Assembly (NCBI GenBank): GCA_050613775.1
Contig: JBODTK010000102.1
Span: 248,001-312,000, forward strand
Origin: Neocallimastix sp. 'constans'
Lineage: Eukaryota
DNA length: 64,000 nt
Direction of reading: 5' to 3'
Part shown: piece by piece, positions 1 through 12,060 of the stretch
Position numbering within the stretch: the stretch's first letter is position 1
Layout of the letters: every line of letters begins with the position of its first letter
Notes under the pieces: generated by a model
Told to the model about the DNA's origin: nothing
Database searches by the model: none
Seen by the model: the letters and a program-made list of their open reading frames with translations, nothing else
Program-made: the position numbers and the translations under genes

Positions 1-2003
1 TATATCAAAATTAAATGAAGAAAACAATATATTCAGAGAACCATATAACTTTAAAGATATATTTAACCTTAAAGATAAAGAGCAATGGATGGAAGCCGTA
101 AATGAAGAATTAAAAAATATGGAAAAGCTAAATGTTTTTCAGATTGTAAATTCAGTTCCAGAAGGATCTAACGTTATATCATCACGTTAGGTATTTAAAT
201 ATAAAAGAGACTCCAACGGTAATATAATAAAAAGAAAAGCAAGATTAGTTGCGAAAGGTTATACGCAGCAGTATGGAATTGATTTCAAGGAAACGTTTGC
301 TCCAACTTTAAAACAAGATACAATAAGGATTATCACAGCAATAGCTGTTCAGCATAATTTTAATATCGAACAAATAGACATTAACTCTGCATACCTTAAT
401 GCAGATTTAAAAGAAGATATATATATGAAATCTCCCGAAGGTCATCATTCATTCAATAAATGTTTTTGGAAGCTTAAAAAGGCCCTTTATGGCTTAAAGC
501 AAGCTGGAAAAGAATGGAACGAAAAATTGAATAATGAGCTTCTCAAATTAAATTTTAGAAGAGCTAAGAGTGAACCTTGCGTTTATATTAAGACAGATAG
601 GAATAATAAAATAATATGCATTTTGTCGGTATACGTAGATGATATATTAATTGCGGGAACAGATCATGAAATCAAAATTGTAAAAGATTCAATAAAAAGA
701 AAATTTAATATTAAAGATATAGGTAATGTAGAATTCGTTATAGGAATTAAATTTAATAAGATCAGAAATGGCTTTATTTTACATCAAATAAGATATATTA
801 ACGATATATTATTCAAATATGAAATTAATAAACTTACACCATCGAAAAATTTAATACCAGTTGAAAATAATAAATTGAAATGAATAAAATTTAATGAAAC
901 GAAATACCGAAGTGCCATTGGGAACCTATTGTATCTTGCTATTTGTACCCGACCTGATATCCTATTTGCTGTGAGCAGAGCAGCAAGAAAATCCAATAAC
1001 CCTAACTTAGAGGATTGGAATAATGTTCTTAAAATATTCAGATACTTAATGTACACAAAAAACTATGGTATAAAAATTGAAAAAGGTATTAACCTTAAGG
1101 TTTATGTAGACGCAGATTTCGCTGGAGACTCAATCACAAGAAAATCTACTTCAGGATTCCTGATGATGATGGGAAGAACGCCAACCAGTTGGTTCTCGAA
1201 ATTGCAACATTGCGTATCTACCTCAACGGCTGAAGCTGAATATTATAGTTTGAGCGAATGCGCAAAGCATTCATTATGGTATAAGAATTTATTAAACGAA
1301 CTTGGAATAAAAATTAATAATGTAAAAATTTTCGTCGACAATAAAGCAACAATATATAATAGTGAGAATCAGTCAATTAATCCCAAGTCGAAACACATTG
1401 ATATTCGGTATCATCATATTAGAGATCTTGTTAATAAAGGATTAATCAAATTGAATTACATAAACACTAAAGAAAATTTAGCCGACGGATTCACGAAATA
1501 CTTAAACATTACTTTAATGGATAAATTTAGAATTTCCCTTCTTACTAAAATTGAATAATATAGTGTAAAATGTGCTATCTTTTTTTTTCTTATATATAAT
1601 AAGTTTTTTTTTAGAAAGCTCTCCAAATCAAATTAAAAGTAGTATAATTTTTCAAAATCTACCTTTATTTTTTCTTTGTATTAAGTTTTTTTGAAGCTAG
1701 ATTTTAGGGTGAATGTTAAAAATATATTTTAATATAAAATTTAATCTATGATTATCCAATATTTTACAAATACAAAATACTCGAAATACTATAAAACGTG
1801 CTTAAATAATAATCCTAATTTTTTTTTTTTTTCTCTTTAACAATAAAAAACTTTAATATATATATACGATCATACATACTTAATTATATATATTTATAAT
1901 AATAAATATTAATATATAATAAAGAATATAAAACATCTTTACTTAAACATAATTATAATATTATCTTAATATTGTGTGTCTCTTAATTGTGTGTTTATTA
2001 ACA
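1..2003 (+). mobile_element. Ty1/copia retrotransposon, 3' part (RT, RNase H, PPT, 3' LTR), disrupted, runs off the left window edge
   Basis: Copia RT motifs KARLVAKGYTQ, LKKALYGLKQAG, YVDD; RNase H motifs YVDADFAGD, STSTAEAEYY, ENLADGFTK (ORFs 425..883, 929..1558); in-frame stops at ~188 and 881-883; purine tract AGGGTGAA then TGTT at 1714. Confidence 0.93.
1714..2003 (+). repeat. Probable 3' LTR of the first copia element
   Basis: Starts TGTTAA right after the PPT and ends TTAACA; partner LTR lies outside the window so the end is inferred. Confidence 0.6.
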
Positions 2004-3006
2004 TTATCAATAAAAATATTTAACTTCGAATTAATAAAGAAATAATATAATTTATTATAATCTTTATAATTAAATTTGTCATTTTCACAATAACAGAATC
2101 AAAATATATTATTTGAAATATTTTAAAATAAATTTATGAGGATTAGTACAATTTAATAATATCATAATTCATTGTAAATAAAATATATATATTATAGATA
2201 GTCAAATTATAACTTGAGCCGAAAAAATAATATAGACAGTCAATTATAATTTGAACTGAAAAATAATATAATCAATCAAATAATATTTTGAACTAAAAAA
2301 ATTATAGAATAGTCAGTTAATATTGAATTAAACTGAAAATGACAGGATTGTCAGTTAATATGTTAATAATTAATATGTTAAACTGAAAATAAATATAATA
2401 ATAGTAAAGTAACATAAATGTTAATCTGCAAATAATAAAGAAATTAATTGATCTTAAAATAATAAGATAAATCAATTGAAATAATTAAACGTTGATACTG
2501 GTTTTATATATTGAAAAAGAATTTATAATTTATTTTATATTTATTTATATTTAAGTTAAATATTTTTTTTTTTAAATGATAATTTAAATTTATTATTTAA
2601 CTGTATGATATAAATATTTATATTATGAATATTTATAATAAACAACAATATTTTCAATTCAAATTAATTGACTGAACATATTATTTTTCAGTTCAAATTA
2701 TAATTTACTACTTACTTCATTTTATTTTATTTTTTCTTTTATTTTTTTTTAATTCAAGATATAATTTGATTGATTATATTATTTTTCAATTTAAATTATA
2801 ATTGACTGACTATAATATATATATATTTATTTACAATGAATTATAATAATGCTAAATTGTATTAATCGCTCTTGAATTTATTTTAAAATATTCCTAATAG
2901 TATATTTTGATACTGCAATTATGCATAAGACAAAATTAATTGTAAAGGTTATTATTAATTATATTACTTTTTTACTAATTCAAAGTTAGAAATTTTTATT
3001 GATAAT
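2003..3006. mobile_element. Foldback/MITE-like element with long imperfect terminal inverted repeats and internal subrepeats
   Basis: ~2003-2270 is the imperfect reverse complement of ~2750-3006 (ATTATCAATAAAAAT / ATTTTTATTGATAAT; AATTCATTGTAAATAAA / TTTATTTACAATGAATT); ~35-bp subrepeats like CAGTCAATTATAATTTGAACTGAAAAATAATAT occur in both orientations. Confidence 0.75.
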
Positions 3007-3782
3007 TATAAAAATATAAAAATAATGTTGAATATTAAAAATAAGAAAGTATTAGATTCAATTAATTTATAAAATGAATATATATATTTATATATATTAA
3101 TTATAAAAATTATAACATAATTTTTAGTTGACCTCAATTGTAGAATAATACAATTATTTTATTAAATACCAAAAAATATTAAGAAAATTAGATATGTTTT
3201 TATTAAAATATTTTATAAATAATGATTAATATTTGATTTTTAATATCTTTATAATTATAAAAGTATACAGGTTATTTATCAAAAGTTCATTTTATTTCTT
3301 TTATATATTTTATTTATACAATAATATTCTGATTAGGTAAGTTAAATTAAAGTCATTATTAAAAATTTATTTTTTTATATATAATTTTTAATATAGATTA
3401 TAAAATATTTTTAATTTTTATTTATTTTTTTTTGATTAATAAATTATTATTTATTTTAAATGCTTATAAAATTTAAATAATAAATAAAAAAATTTTAACA
3501 CTATTTAATGATTATATCTTTTAATAAAATTAAATTTTAAAGTTAATAATCAAATATTATATATATTATATATTAAATATTAAGTTTTAAATTCAATTAT
3601 ATATTATACAATATTTTAATCTATAATAACAAAAAAATTTTTTTTTTTTATAAAATTTTAAACCTTTGTGTAATTAAATTTTTTTAATTATTCTTTCTTA
3701 TTTTTTTTAAAAAAAATTTATCAATACACTCAAAAAATTTTATAAAATAAAGTCATAGAAACAATATTTATTTTATTAAAAT

Positions 3783-4742
3783 TTATCTTTGGTCCATATT
3801 TTTTATGTTTTTGAAATATTCTATAGTTTTTTGAAGTCCTTCTCTTAATTGGATAACTGGTTCCCATTTTAATTTTTCCTTTGCTAATGAAATATCTGGT
3901 CTTCTTTTGCATGGGTCATCCATAGGTAATTCTTTATATATCATTTTACTTTTTGATTCTTTAATAAGTTCCAAAATTATTTCTGCTAATTCTTTTATTG
4001 TAAATTCATTTGGATTTCCTAAATTAATAGGACCATGAAAAGTATCATCTGTATCCATCACTCTTATCATTGCTTCTATTAAATCATCAATATATTGGAA
4101 GCTTCTTGTTTGTGAGCCATCACCATATATAGTCTCATCTTGGTCGTATAGGGCTTGATTCACAAAATTAGTTATAACTCTACCGTCATCTTTTGCCATG
4201 TAAGGACCATAAGTATTAAAAATACGAATAATTTTTACATTCACTCCAAGTTGATTAATATAATTAAAGCATAAAGTTTCAGCACTTCTTTTTCCTTCGT
4301 CATAGCAACTTCTAATCCCAAAACAATTCACGTGGCCTCTATAGGTTTCTTTTTGAGGATGTTCTAATGGGTCACCATAAACTTCTGAGGTACTTGCTTG
4401 AAGTATTTTACAATTATTTTTTCTTGCTAAATTCAGCATATTGGTTGTTCCAATAAAACATGTATTAATTGTAAATAATGGATCTTTTTGATAATGAGGT
4501 GGTGAAGCAGGACATGCTAGATTATATATTTGGTCTAATTTTTCTTCAATAGTTAAAGGTTCAATAATATTATGGTTGATAAACTTAAAATTTTGATCTT
4601 TCATTAAAGGTTTTATATTTCTCATTTGACCTGTGTATAAATTATCTACACAAATTACTTTATTGCCATCATTTAATAATTTTCTACAAAGATTTGATCC
4701 AATAAATCCAGCACCTCCAGTTATCAATATTGTTTTACTCAT
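3783..4742 (-). CDS. UXS1: UDP-glucuronate decarboxylase (UDP-xylose synthase), intronless, no membrane anchor
   Basis: 319-aa ORF with GGAGFIGS, YNLACPASPPHYQ, ASTSEVYGDP, RSCYDEGKR (YxxxK), RIFNTYGP, DGRV, GDGSQTRSFQY, DDPCKRRPDI. Confidence 0.95.
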   Translation of the reverse strand: MSKTILITGGAGFIGSNLCRKLLNDGNKVICVDNLYTGQMRNIKPLMKDQNFKFINHNIIEPLTIEEKLDQIYNLACPASPPHYQKDPLFTINTCFIGTTNMLNLARKNNCKILQASTSEVYGDPLEHPQKETYRGHVNCFGIRSCYDEGKRSAETLCFNYINQLGVNVKIIRIFNTYGPYMAKDDGRVITNFVNQALYDQDETIYGDGSQTRSFQYIDDLIEAMIRVMDTDDTFHGPINLGNPNEFTIKELAEIILELIKESKSKMIYKELPMDDPCKRRPDISLAKEKLKWEPVIQLREGLQKTIEYFKNIKNMDQR

Positions 4743-5078
4743 GTTATAAAAAATTTGTTTAATATTATTTATATTATTAAAAAATAATTCCTATTTATAT
4801 ACAATTTTTTTTTTAATTTTAATTGTATATAAAAGAAAACTTAAGCAATTTATATTACTCTTTAAAAAGGTTATTGAATTAATAAAAATTGGATTAATTT
4901 ATTAAATAATTTTTAATTTCTAAAAATTATATTTATATTTAAAAATATATAATTTAAAATTTAAATTAATTATAAAAAGAGTCATTTTCATTCAATTTTA
5001 AATATTATTTTAAATAAAAATTATTATTTAGGATTAATTTGATCAATAATATATTTTAATTTGTAATAAAAAATATTA
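4743..5078. promoter_or_regulatory. Putative bidirectional promoter between UXS1 and UGDH
   Basis: 336-bp AT-rich spacer between two divergent start codons of consecutive pathway enzymes; no specific motif identified. Confidence 0.45.
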
Positions 5079-7448
5079 ATGAAAATGCTTTTTGAATCAT
5101 TATTAAATAATGAAAACAAATATATAAATAAAACTAATGACAAAATCGGTCATTTTTCATTCAAAAAGCTCTTGAAAAGACCATTAAATGTTTGCTATAT
5201 TGGAGCAGGATATGTTGGAGGAGCATCAAGTTCAGTAATGGCTTATAAATGTCCGGAAAATGAAGTTATCGTAACTGTTTGTGATGTTGACTCCAAAAAA
5301 ATTGATTCATGGAATTCTAATAATGTAAATTTTAATTTACATCCTTTATAATTATTATATTTATATAAAAAATTTATTTCTAATATTATCATTAATATAT
5401 TAATATTAAAAAATTTTTTTTAATATAAATATGAAGCTTCCCATTTATGAACCAGGATTAGAAGAAATTGTTAGAGATAGAAGAGGAAAAAACTTATTTT
5501 TTACTAATGACTTAGATAAATCTATATATTCTGCTGATATTATATTTATTTCTGTTGGTACTCCAACTAAAAGGAGAGGAATAGGTGCTAATCAAGCAGC
5601 AGAACTTAGGTTTGTATAGTAATTTAATTATTCTTTATTTTTAATATTATTGAATTAATTTTAGAATTGCTTTGTTTAATTTTTATATATATTAATATTA
5701 ATTTAATAATTTTTTAAGCTACATAGAGAGTGCTGCTAGAAAAATTGCAACCATATCAAAAAATTCTAAAATTATTATAGAAAAGTCAACTGTTCCTTGT
5801 AAAACGGCTGAACATATAAGATCTATATTAGAGGCAAATAAAATAAATAATAATTCGTTAGGTAAGAAACTAAATATAATTTTAAAATAAATAAATAAAT
5901 AAAATAAATTGCAATGTATTCAAAATTGGTTATATTTACTTATATATATATAAATATTTTTTTGAATATAGATAATATTAAATTATTTAAGGAAAATGTC
6001 GATAACGATTCATATATATTAAATATGTCACGTTCAAGTAGTAATGCTACTTTAAATGAAAATGATAACGTATTTGAAGATAGTAGAGATTTTGATAAAA
6101 ATAATGAAAGATCTATTCATTTTGAAATTTTATCAAATCCAGAGTTTCTCGCCGAAGGAACTGCTGTGAATGATATTCTTAATCCTGACAGAATTTTAAT
6201 AGGAGGATTACCAACAAAGAAAGGTTTAGTAGCTCAAGATTTATTATGTAAACTTTATTCCTATTGGATTCCAGAAGAAAAAATTATAAAAATGGGACTC
6301 TGGTCAGCTGAATTATCAAAATTGGTAAGTAACTATAATTATATAAAATTTAATTAAGTTTTAATATGAGATCATAATAAAAATTTTAAAATATTTAACT
6401 TTAAAAAATTTAAAGACAGCAAATGCGTTATTAGCTCAAAGAATTTCAAGTATTAATTCTTTAAGTGCTTTATGTGAAGAAGTGGGTGCTGATATCCAGG
6501 AAATATCATATGCTTGTGGTTTAGATTCCAGAATAGGACCCAAATTCCTTAACGCTAGTATTGGTATGGCAATTCTTTATTAATTAATAATTAACAAATA
6601 ATAAATAGTATTATGTATATGTTTTAAATAATAATAAATTATAATTTTACGATAGGATTTGGAGGAAGTTGTTTCCAGAAGGATGTTTTAAATTTAATTT
6701 ATCTTTCAAATTATTTTAATCTTCCAGAAGTTGCTGATTATTGGAAGCAAGTAATTATAATGAATGAATATAGAAAGTCTAGATTTATAAAAAATATTTT
6801 TAATAAACTATTCCATACCATTAATGGAAAAGTAATATCTATATTTGGTTTTTCTTTCAAAAAGAATACCAAAGATTCAAGGTATTAAAAAATATATTTG
6901 AAATGAATATCATTTTTTAATATTTTTAATAAATAATTTTAATAAAATTTAATAGAGAATCACCTGCAATAGCAGTAGTGTTGTCATTATTAAGAGAGGG
7001 TTCAATAATTAAGATATATGATCCAAAAGTACCTTTAGTACAAATTAAAAATGATATAAAAGAAAACAGTAATAAAGAAGAATATAATGGTAATTTTTAA
7101 AAAAAAAAAAAAATAATAATAAATTATAAACCAATGTATAATTATTATAATATATTAGATAACATATATATTATTAATATTTATATTTATAATTCTAAAA
7201 CAACAATAAAAAAAAAAAAAGAATTCATTTCAAAAATTACAGTTTGTAATTCATGTTATGAAGCTTCTGATGGTGCAAATGCTATTGTAGTATGTACCGA
7301 ATGGGATGAATTTATATCACTAGATTATAAAAGAATTTACAATCAGATGATGAAACCTGCTTTTGTATTTGATGGTAGACTAATTTTGAATCATAAAGAA
7401 TTAAAAAATATTGGTTTTCATGTGGAAACAATAGGAAAAAAGTTATAA
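5079..7448 (+). CDS. UGDH: UDP-glucose 6-dehydrogenase, 8 exons (5079-5324, 5437-5609, 5719-5861, 5972-6324, 6416-6563, 6656-6881, 6956-7089, 7222-7448), about 549 aa
   Basis: [61 protein letters not shown], catalytic [38 protein letters not shown] introns join these in one frame (1650 nt). Confidence 0.93.
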
Positions 7449-8245
7449 TAAAAATTATAATTTTTAAGAATTATTTATTAAAACTTTTTAAATTAATAAA
7501 TAACTATATAATTTTCTATACATTATATTTTTTTTATAATTAATTAATAAAATATTATTTTATTCAAGTATATTTTTGTTATATATATAAATAACTTTAA
7601 TGAAATACAATTTAAAAAAAATATTATTAATTTAATATAGTATAAGATCTGAAATTGACTACAACAAAATTATATTTAATATTTATAAATAAATTATATT
7701 TATATATATTATTATAATTGCAAAAAATAATTTATTAAATTAGTGAAATAAGATATTATTAGTTTTAAAATTTAGTTTTTAAAAATTTTTTAAATAAAAT
7801 ATATCATAGTTAAAAATTTTAAAATATAGAAAATGCGTTGTTATTTCGAATAATTTTTTGTAGTAATACTTTATTGAAATGAATATAAAATTTTTTTTAT
7901 TAAATAAATACAATAAAAGAAAACTACCTTTTTTTTTATTCTTACTAATTATATTTCAAATTAAAAATCATATTAAAAATAAAAGATTTATTTCATTTAT
8001 ATAAAAGAAATTTTAAAAATAATTAATAAAATATAGCAAAAAATTATTAAAAATATGAAATAATCAAATGTATTTGTTAATTTTGAAAAATAAATATTAT
8101 TCCTCTAAAATTATTTAGTATTAATATTTGTTATTAAATATATAATCTTTATTTATTATCGTCCCCTAATAATTAACATAATATAATTTAAAAAATTATT
8201 ATTATTTATTATTTATTCAATAATTATTGATTTTTATATTTTAAA

Positions 8246-8277
<32 letters not shown>

Positions 8278-8281
<4 letters not shown>

Positions 8282-8700
8282 GTCGACGTCGAAATGATAA
8301 GGCATGGATTTTATGGTTTCTATTGGCTATTAAGAGCACGAATCGGATATAGATTAAATGCAAGAATAGCAAAAGCTGTAAAAATAATAGATCAAGTATG
8401 TCCTAATTTTTGTCCCCGTTGTAAAAGTAATAAACTTTGAATAAGGCATTGGTTAATTGATTGTCCCTTTTTCAATCATATTCGTAGTAAAGTTAATTAT
8501 AAAACTTTATTCTTATATAACGCTTAGACCATGGCAACCTAACAAATGATAACGTTAATAATAATAATAGTAATAATAATAATAGTAATAATAATAATAG
8601 TAATAATAGTAATAGTAATAATAGTAATAGTAATAATAGTAATAGTAATAATAGTTATAGTAATAATAGTTATAGTAATAATAGTTGTAATATTGAACCT
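8278..8700 (+). mobile_element. LINE 3' fragment (C-terminal Cys/His region) ending in an (AATAGT)n/(AAT)n microsatellite
   Basis: Translates GFYGFYWLLRARIGYRLNARIAKAVKIIDQVCPNFCPRCKSNKL*IRHWLIDCPFFNHIRSKVN, nearly the same as the LINE segment at ~53120-53300. Confidence 0.85.
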
Positions 8701-9988
8701 TTTTATATATTTTCAAAAGTTTTTATCATTTAATAATAGTATTTTTATAATTGTTATTTTGGTTTACTATGTAAAAAAAAAAAAAATTTATATTCAAAAA
8801 AGTTATTAAATTTTTTAATTACATTTTTATAATAAGAAAATTACAATTAATATCATTTTTGAAAATAATTTCGGACTTTAATATAACGTTTGAATTTATT
8901 TATTATATAATTACTATATATAATTTTAAAATTTTATTTATTTAATTTCAATATTGAATAACTGTTAATTTTAATTTTAAAATTTAATACTATATATTTA
9001 AAATACAATATAAAAATATTTTAATATATAATAAAAAAGTTTTTTTTTATTGAAGTATAAATATAATTTTTTTTAATTTTTGTTTTTCATTCTTTCTGGT
9101 GTTATTAAGAATCTTATCTCTTAGAGTAGAAATATATTTTTTAATATAAATATAATATAAAGATAGCATCTTTAGAAAGTTTCAAAATTTTATTATTTTT
9201 AATTATAAAAAATATACATAGAAGTGTATCTTACTAAAAAAAAAATAATAGTTTGCATGGTGTTTTTGAATAATTATTAGTTAAATTCATTAATAATTTT
9301 AAATATTATAATAATTTATTCTGTAATCAATAGTTTTTTTTTTTTTAAATTTAAAAAATTATTAATTTAAATAATTTTTTATAATAAATTTTTAATTGCA
9401 AAATATTAATATTTAATAATAAAATTTTAGTAATAGAAAAGTTAATTTTAAATTATACATTTTTAATATTAAAAAAATATTAGATTTTATATTTATTTTT
9501 AATATAAAATATAAAATATTAATTATAAATAGTAAAAATAAAAAAAAATATAATTAATATTTTTTATTTAAAATATTAAATTTAAATAATATTTATATTT
9601 TAAGAAAATATTAAAAAGTTATACATAGAACACTTCAATATACATTTAAGTTTATTCTTACTTTGTGAATAAAATATTATAATAAGTAGGAATTAATTTA
9701 AATTTAAATTAATTTATTTTTACTTTTTAAACGAAATTTTATGTTAACTTTATTAGATTAATATCATGACATTAAAGTTATAAAAAGTTTCATTGATTAA
9801 ACTAATACAATTTATACTTATTAATATTATATGTATGTGATTTATACATTAATATACAATAAAATACCACCAAGAAAAATTAAACAAGTAATTATCATTG
9901 AAAACAGAGACAATCCATAGAAAATAGTAAATTTCAAATAGGTTTATTCGAATATGTTAGAAATATAAATATAAAATTTTATTATTAT

Positions 9989-12060
9989 TTTTAAACACTA
10001 AAATTATAAAAATACTCTTATAAAGTATGTAATATTAATATAGCATTTTATTTTATTATCTAAAAAAAAATAACTATATTTTTATGAACTATTTGTAATT
10101 TTCTTATCTTATTTTATTTGTATGTAAAATATGATAAGAAGATTTTATGTTCGACACATTAATATTATCATTTAACACTCATCCTCAAATCTATATATAT
10201 CCGTAAAGGTACGTGAGATTTTTCTAAATAATCTTTCATTTCTGTAAGTAGTGAATTACTAAATTTGCCCATTAAGTAGTTACAAAGATACTTTATAAAT
10301 CGATCATCTAGATTTTATTCAGAATTAATATATTTTTAATTTATTTTATTTTATAGTGTTGCTGAATAAGCTTTGTGATTGATATTATATAATTATATTT
10401 GCTATCGACATAGAACACGTTCCTTAATGTAAGTTTTTAAGTGTCGATATATCAGGTAAAATTACCTTAAGCGGAAGCAACAACTGTCTTACCGTTTGGG
10501 AGAATAACTTCTTCATTACATTTTTTAATATCTGTAAGTAAGTCCACACATCCTATGATATGTATGGAGGGGCCTGAGTCCATTATCCATTGTGATATGG
10601 TGATATGTGGCTTTATGGATTATTGTTATTGCTGACAACATTTGTAATACAATTTGTAATATACCATTTTCGGTATTATAATCTTCGAAGATATCTTGAG
10701 GTTTTTCAATGGCATTCACTTGATTCCTATGTTTGTTTCTAATATTTTTGGAGGTACTTATAATGTTGTTACTATAACTCTTTCTGAGGTTCTTTTTGAA
10801 TGGTTTCCTTTTGAATCTGTATTTGGCTTTGTTTCTGCATTCGTAAGAGTAATTTCCAATGGTACCACAGTTAAAACACTTAACATTCTTTCTTTTTCTT
10901 GCTGTGATAATCTTAGAATTTTTGTTCCTATTCTTGGCTTGAGATTCAACTAGGAATAATTTGTTCTCTTCCATCTTGGATATCTCTCTAGTGTTGGAGA
11001 ATATGATGTCTGGAATGACATCCTTAACGTAATTGCAGAGTTGCTTCCAATCATTTTTATATTGGAAAACATTTATAAACCTTCGGTTTTCAGGTAGTGA
11101 TCTATTCAAAATACCAGCCTTGTCAAGGTCACTTAACTCATAGTCAGTATTTTCTAACTCATATATTGCATTTTGGAGTTTAGCAATGAAGATGTTAATG
11201 TCGTCTTCTTCATTATATTTCAGATTATTTATTTTGTTTTTGATTTCCCATTTCCTTTTCTCTGGACTCATTGTGAAGGACTTTTCTAACGTAGTCCATA
11301 TTTGATGGGCTGTCTTTCCATTACCTTCAATTATTTTCTTTGTATTCTCTCCTAGACTCTTGGTAATGATCCATTTTACCATCACTTCGTTTTTTATGTC
11401 TTTTAACGATGTGTTCTTATCGTATATCAGGCTGGAGTCAAACTTTTCTTCTAGATTGTTGTCAAGTTCATCCCTGAGATTTCTTTTTTTAAGTTTTTTT
11501 ATTATTTCTTCTATTACGTATCCTTCTAAGTTGTTAATCATCAGTAGATATAGTAGATATAGAATGTTCGTTCTCCAGCTAGGATAATTTTCTGTAGAGA
11601 GTTCAATAACACGATTGAATTTTTCTGAGTAATTGAAAGTGATGCCTTTTGTTATGTTTTTATCCGTGTCATCAATAGTTATAGGGACATTGTTTCTGTT
11701 TCTAATCATACTGTTATCTCCTTTTTGAATTTTTAATAAATGTTTTCTTGATGAAGGAATTTTTTTTTCGTTTGCTAAGTCTTTGAAATTTTTATGCTAG
11801 CAGATGATATGATTGAATATTGCCTGTTTATTTGTTTTATTTTATTTTATTATATAATTTAATTGGTTGAAATACTATTATTTGATTTGTTGAATGATTA
11901 ATACTTATATTTTTTATTTTTTTTTGTGTTAAATTTAATTGGTTAAGTTATAATTACAGTAATTTTTACCTTTTTATATTATTGATTAAATTTTGATATT
12001 AAATTCTTCATTGTTTTATATATTTATTCAGGACAAATTAAATTAAAAATTTTCATCGTT
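9989..12060 (-). mobile_element. Internally deleted Ty1/copia copy (3' LTR ~9989-10177, RNase H tail joined to protease region, gag ORF 10525..11709), 5' LTR missing
   Basis: LTR and gag closely match the element at 36500-41971; degenerate zinc knuckle CFNCGTIGNYSYEC; junction near 10350 skips integrase and RT. Confidence 0.9.

Noticed and set aside
8546..8809. 87-aa Ile/Val-rich ORF that looks like a membrane protein
   Set aside because: It is the translation of an AAT/AGT microsatellite in a LINE remnant
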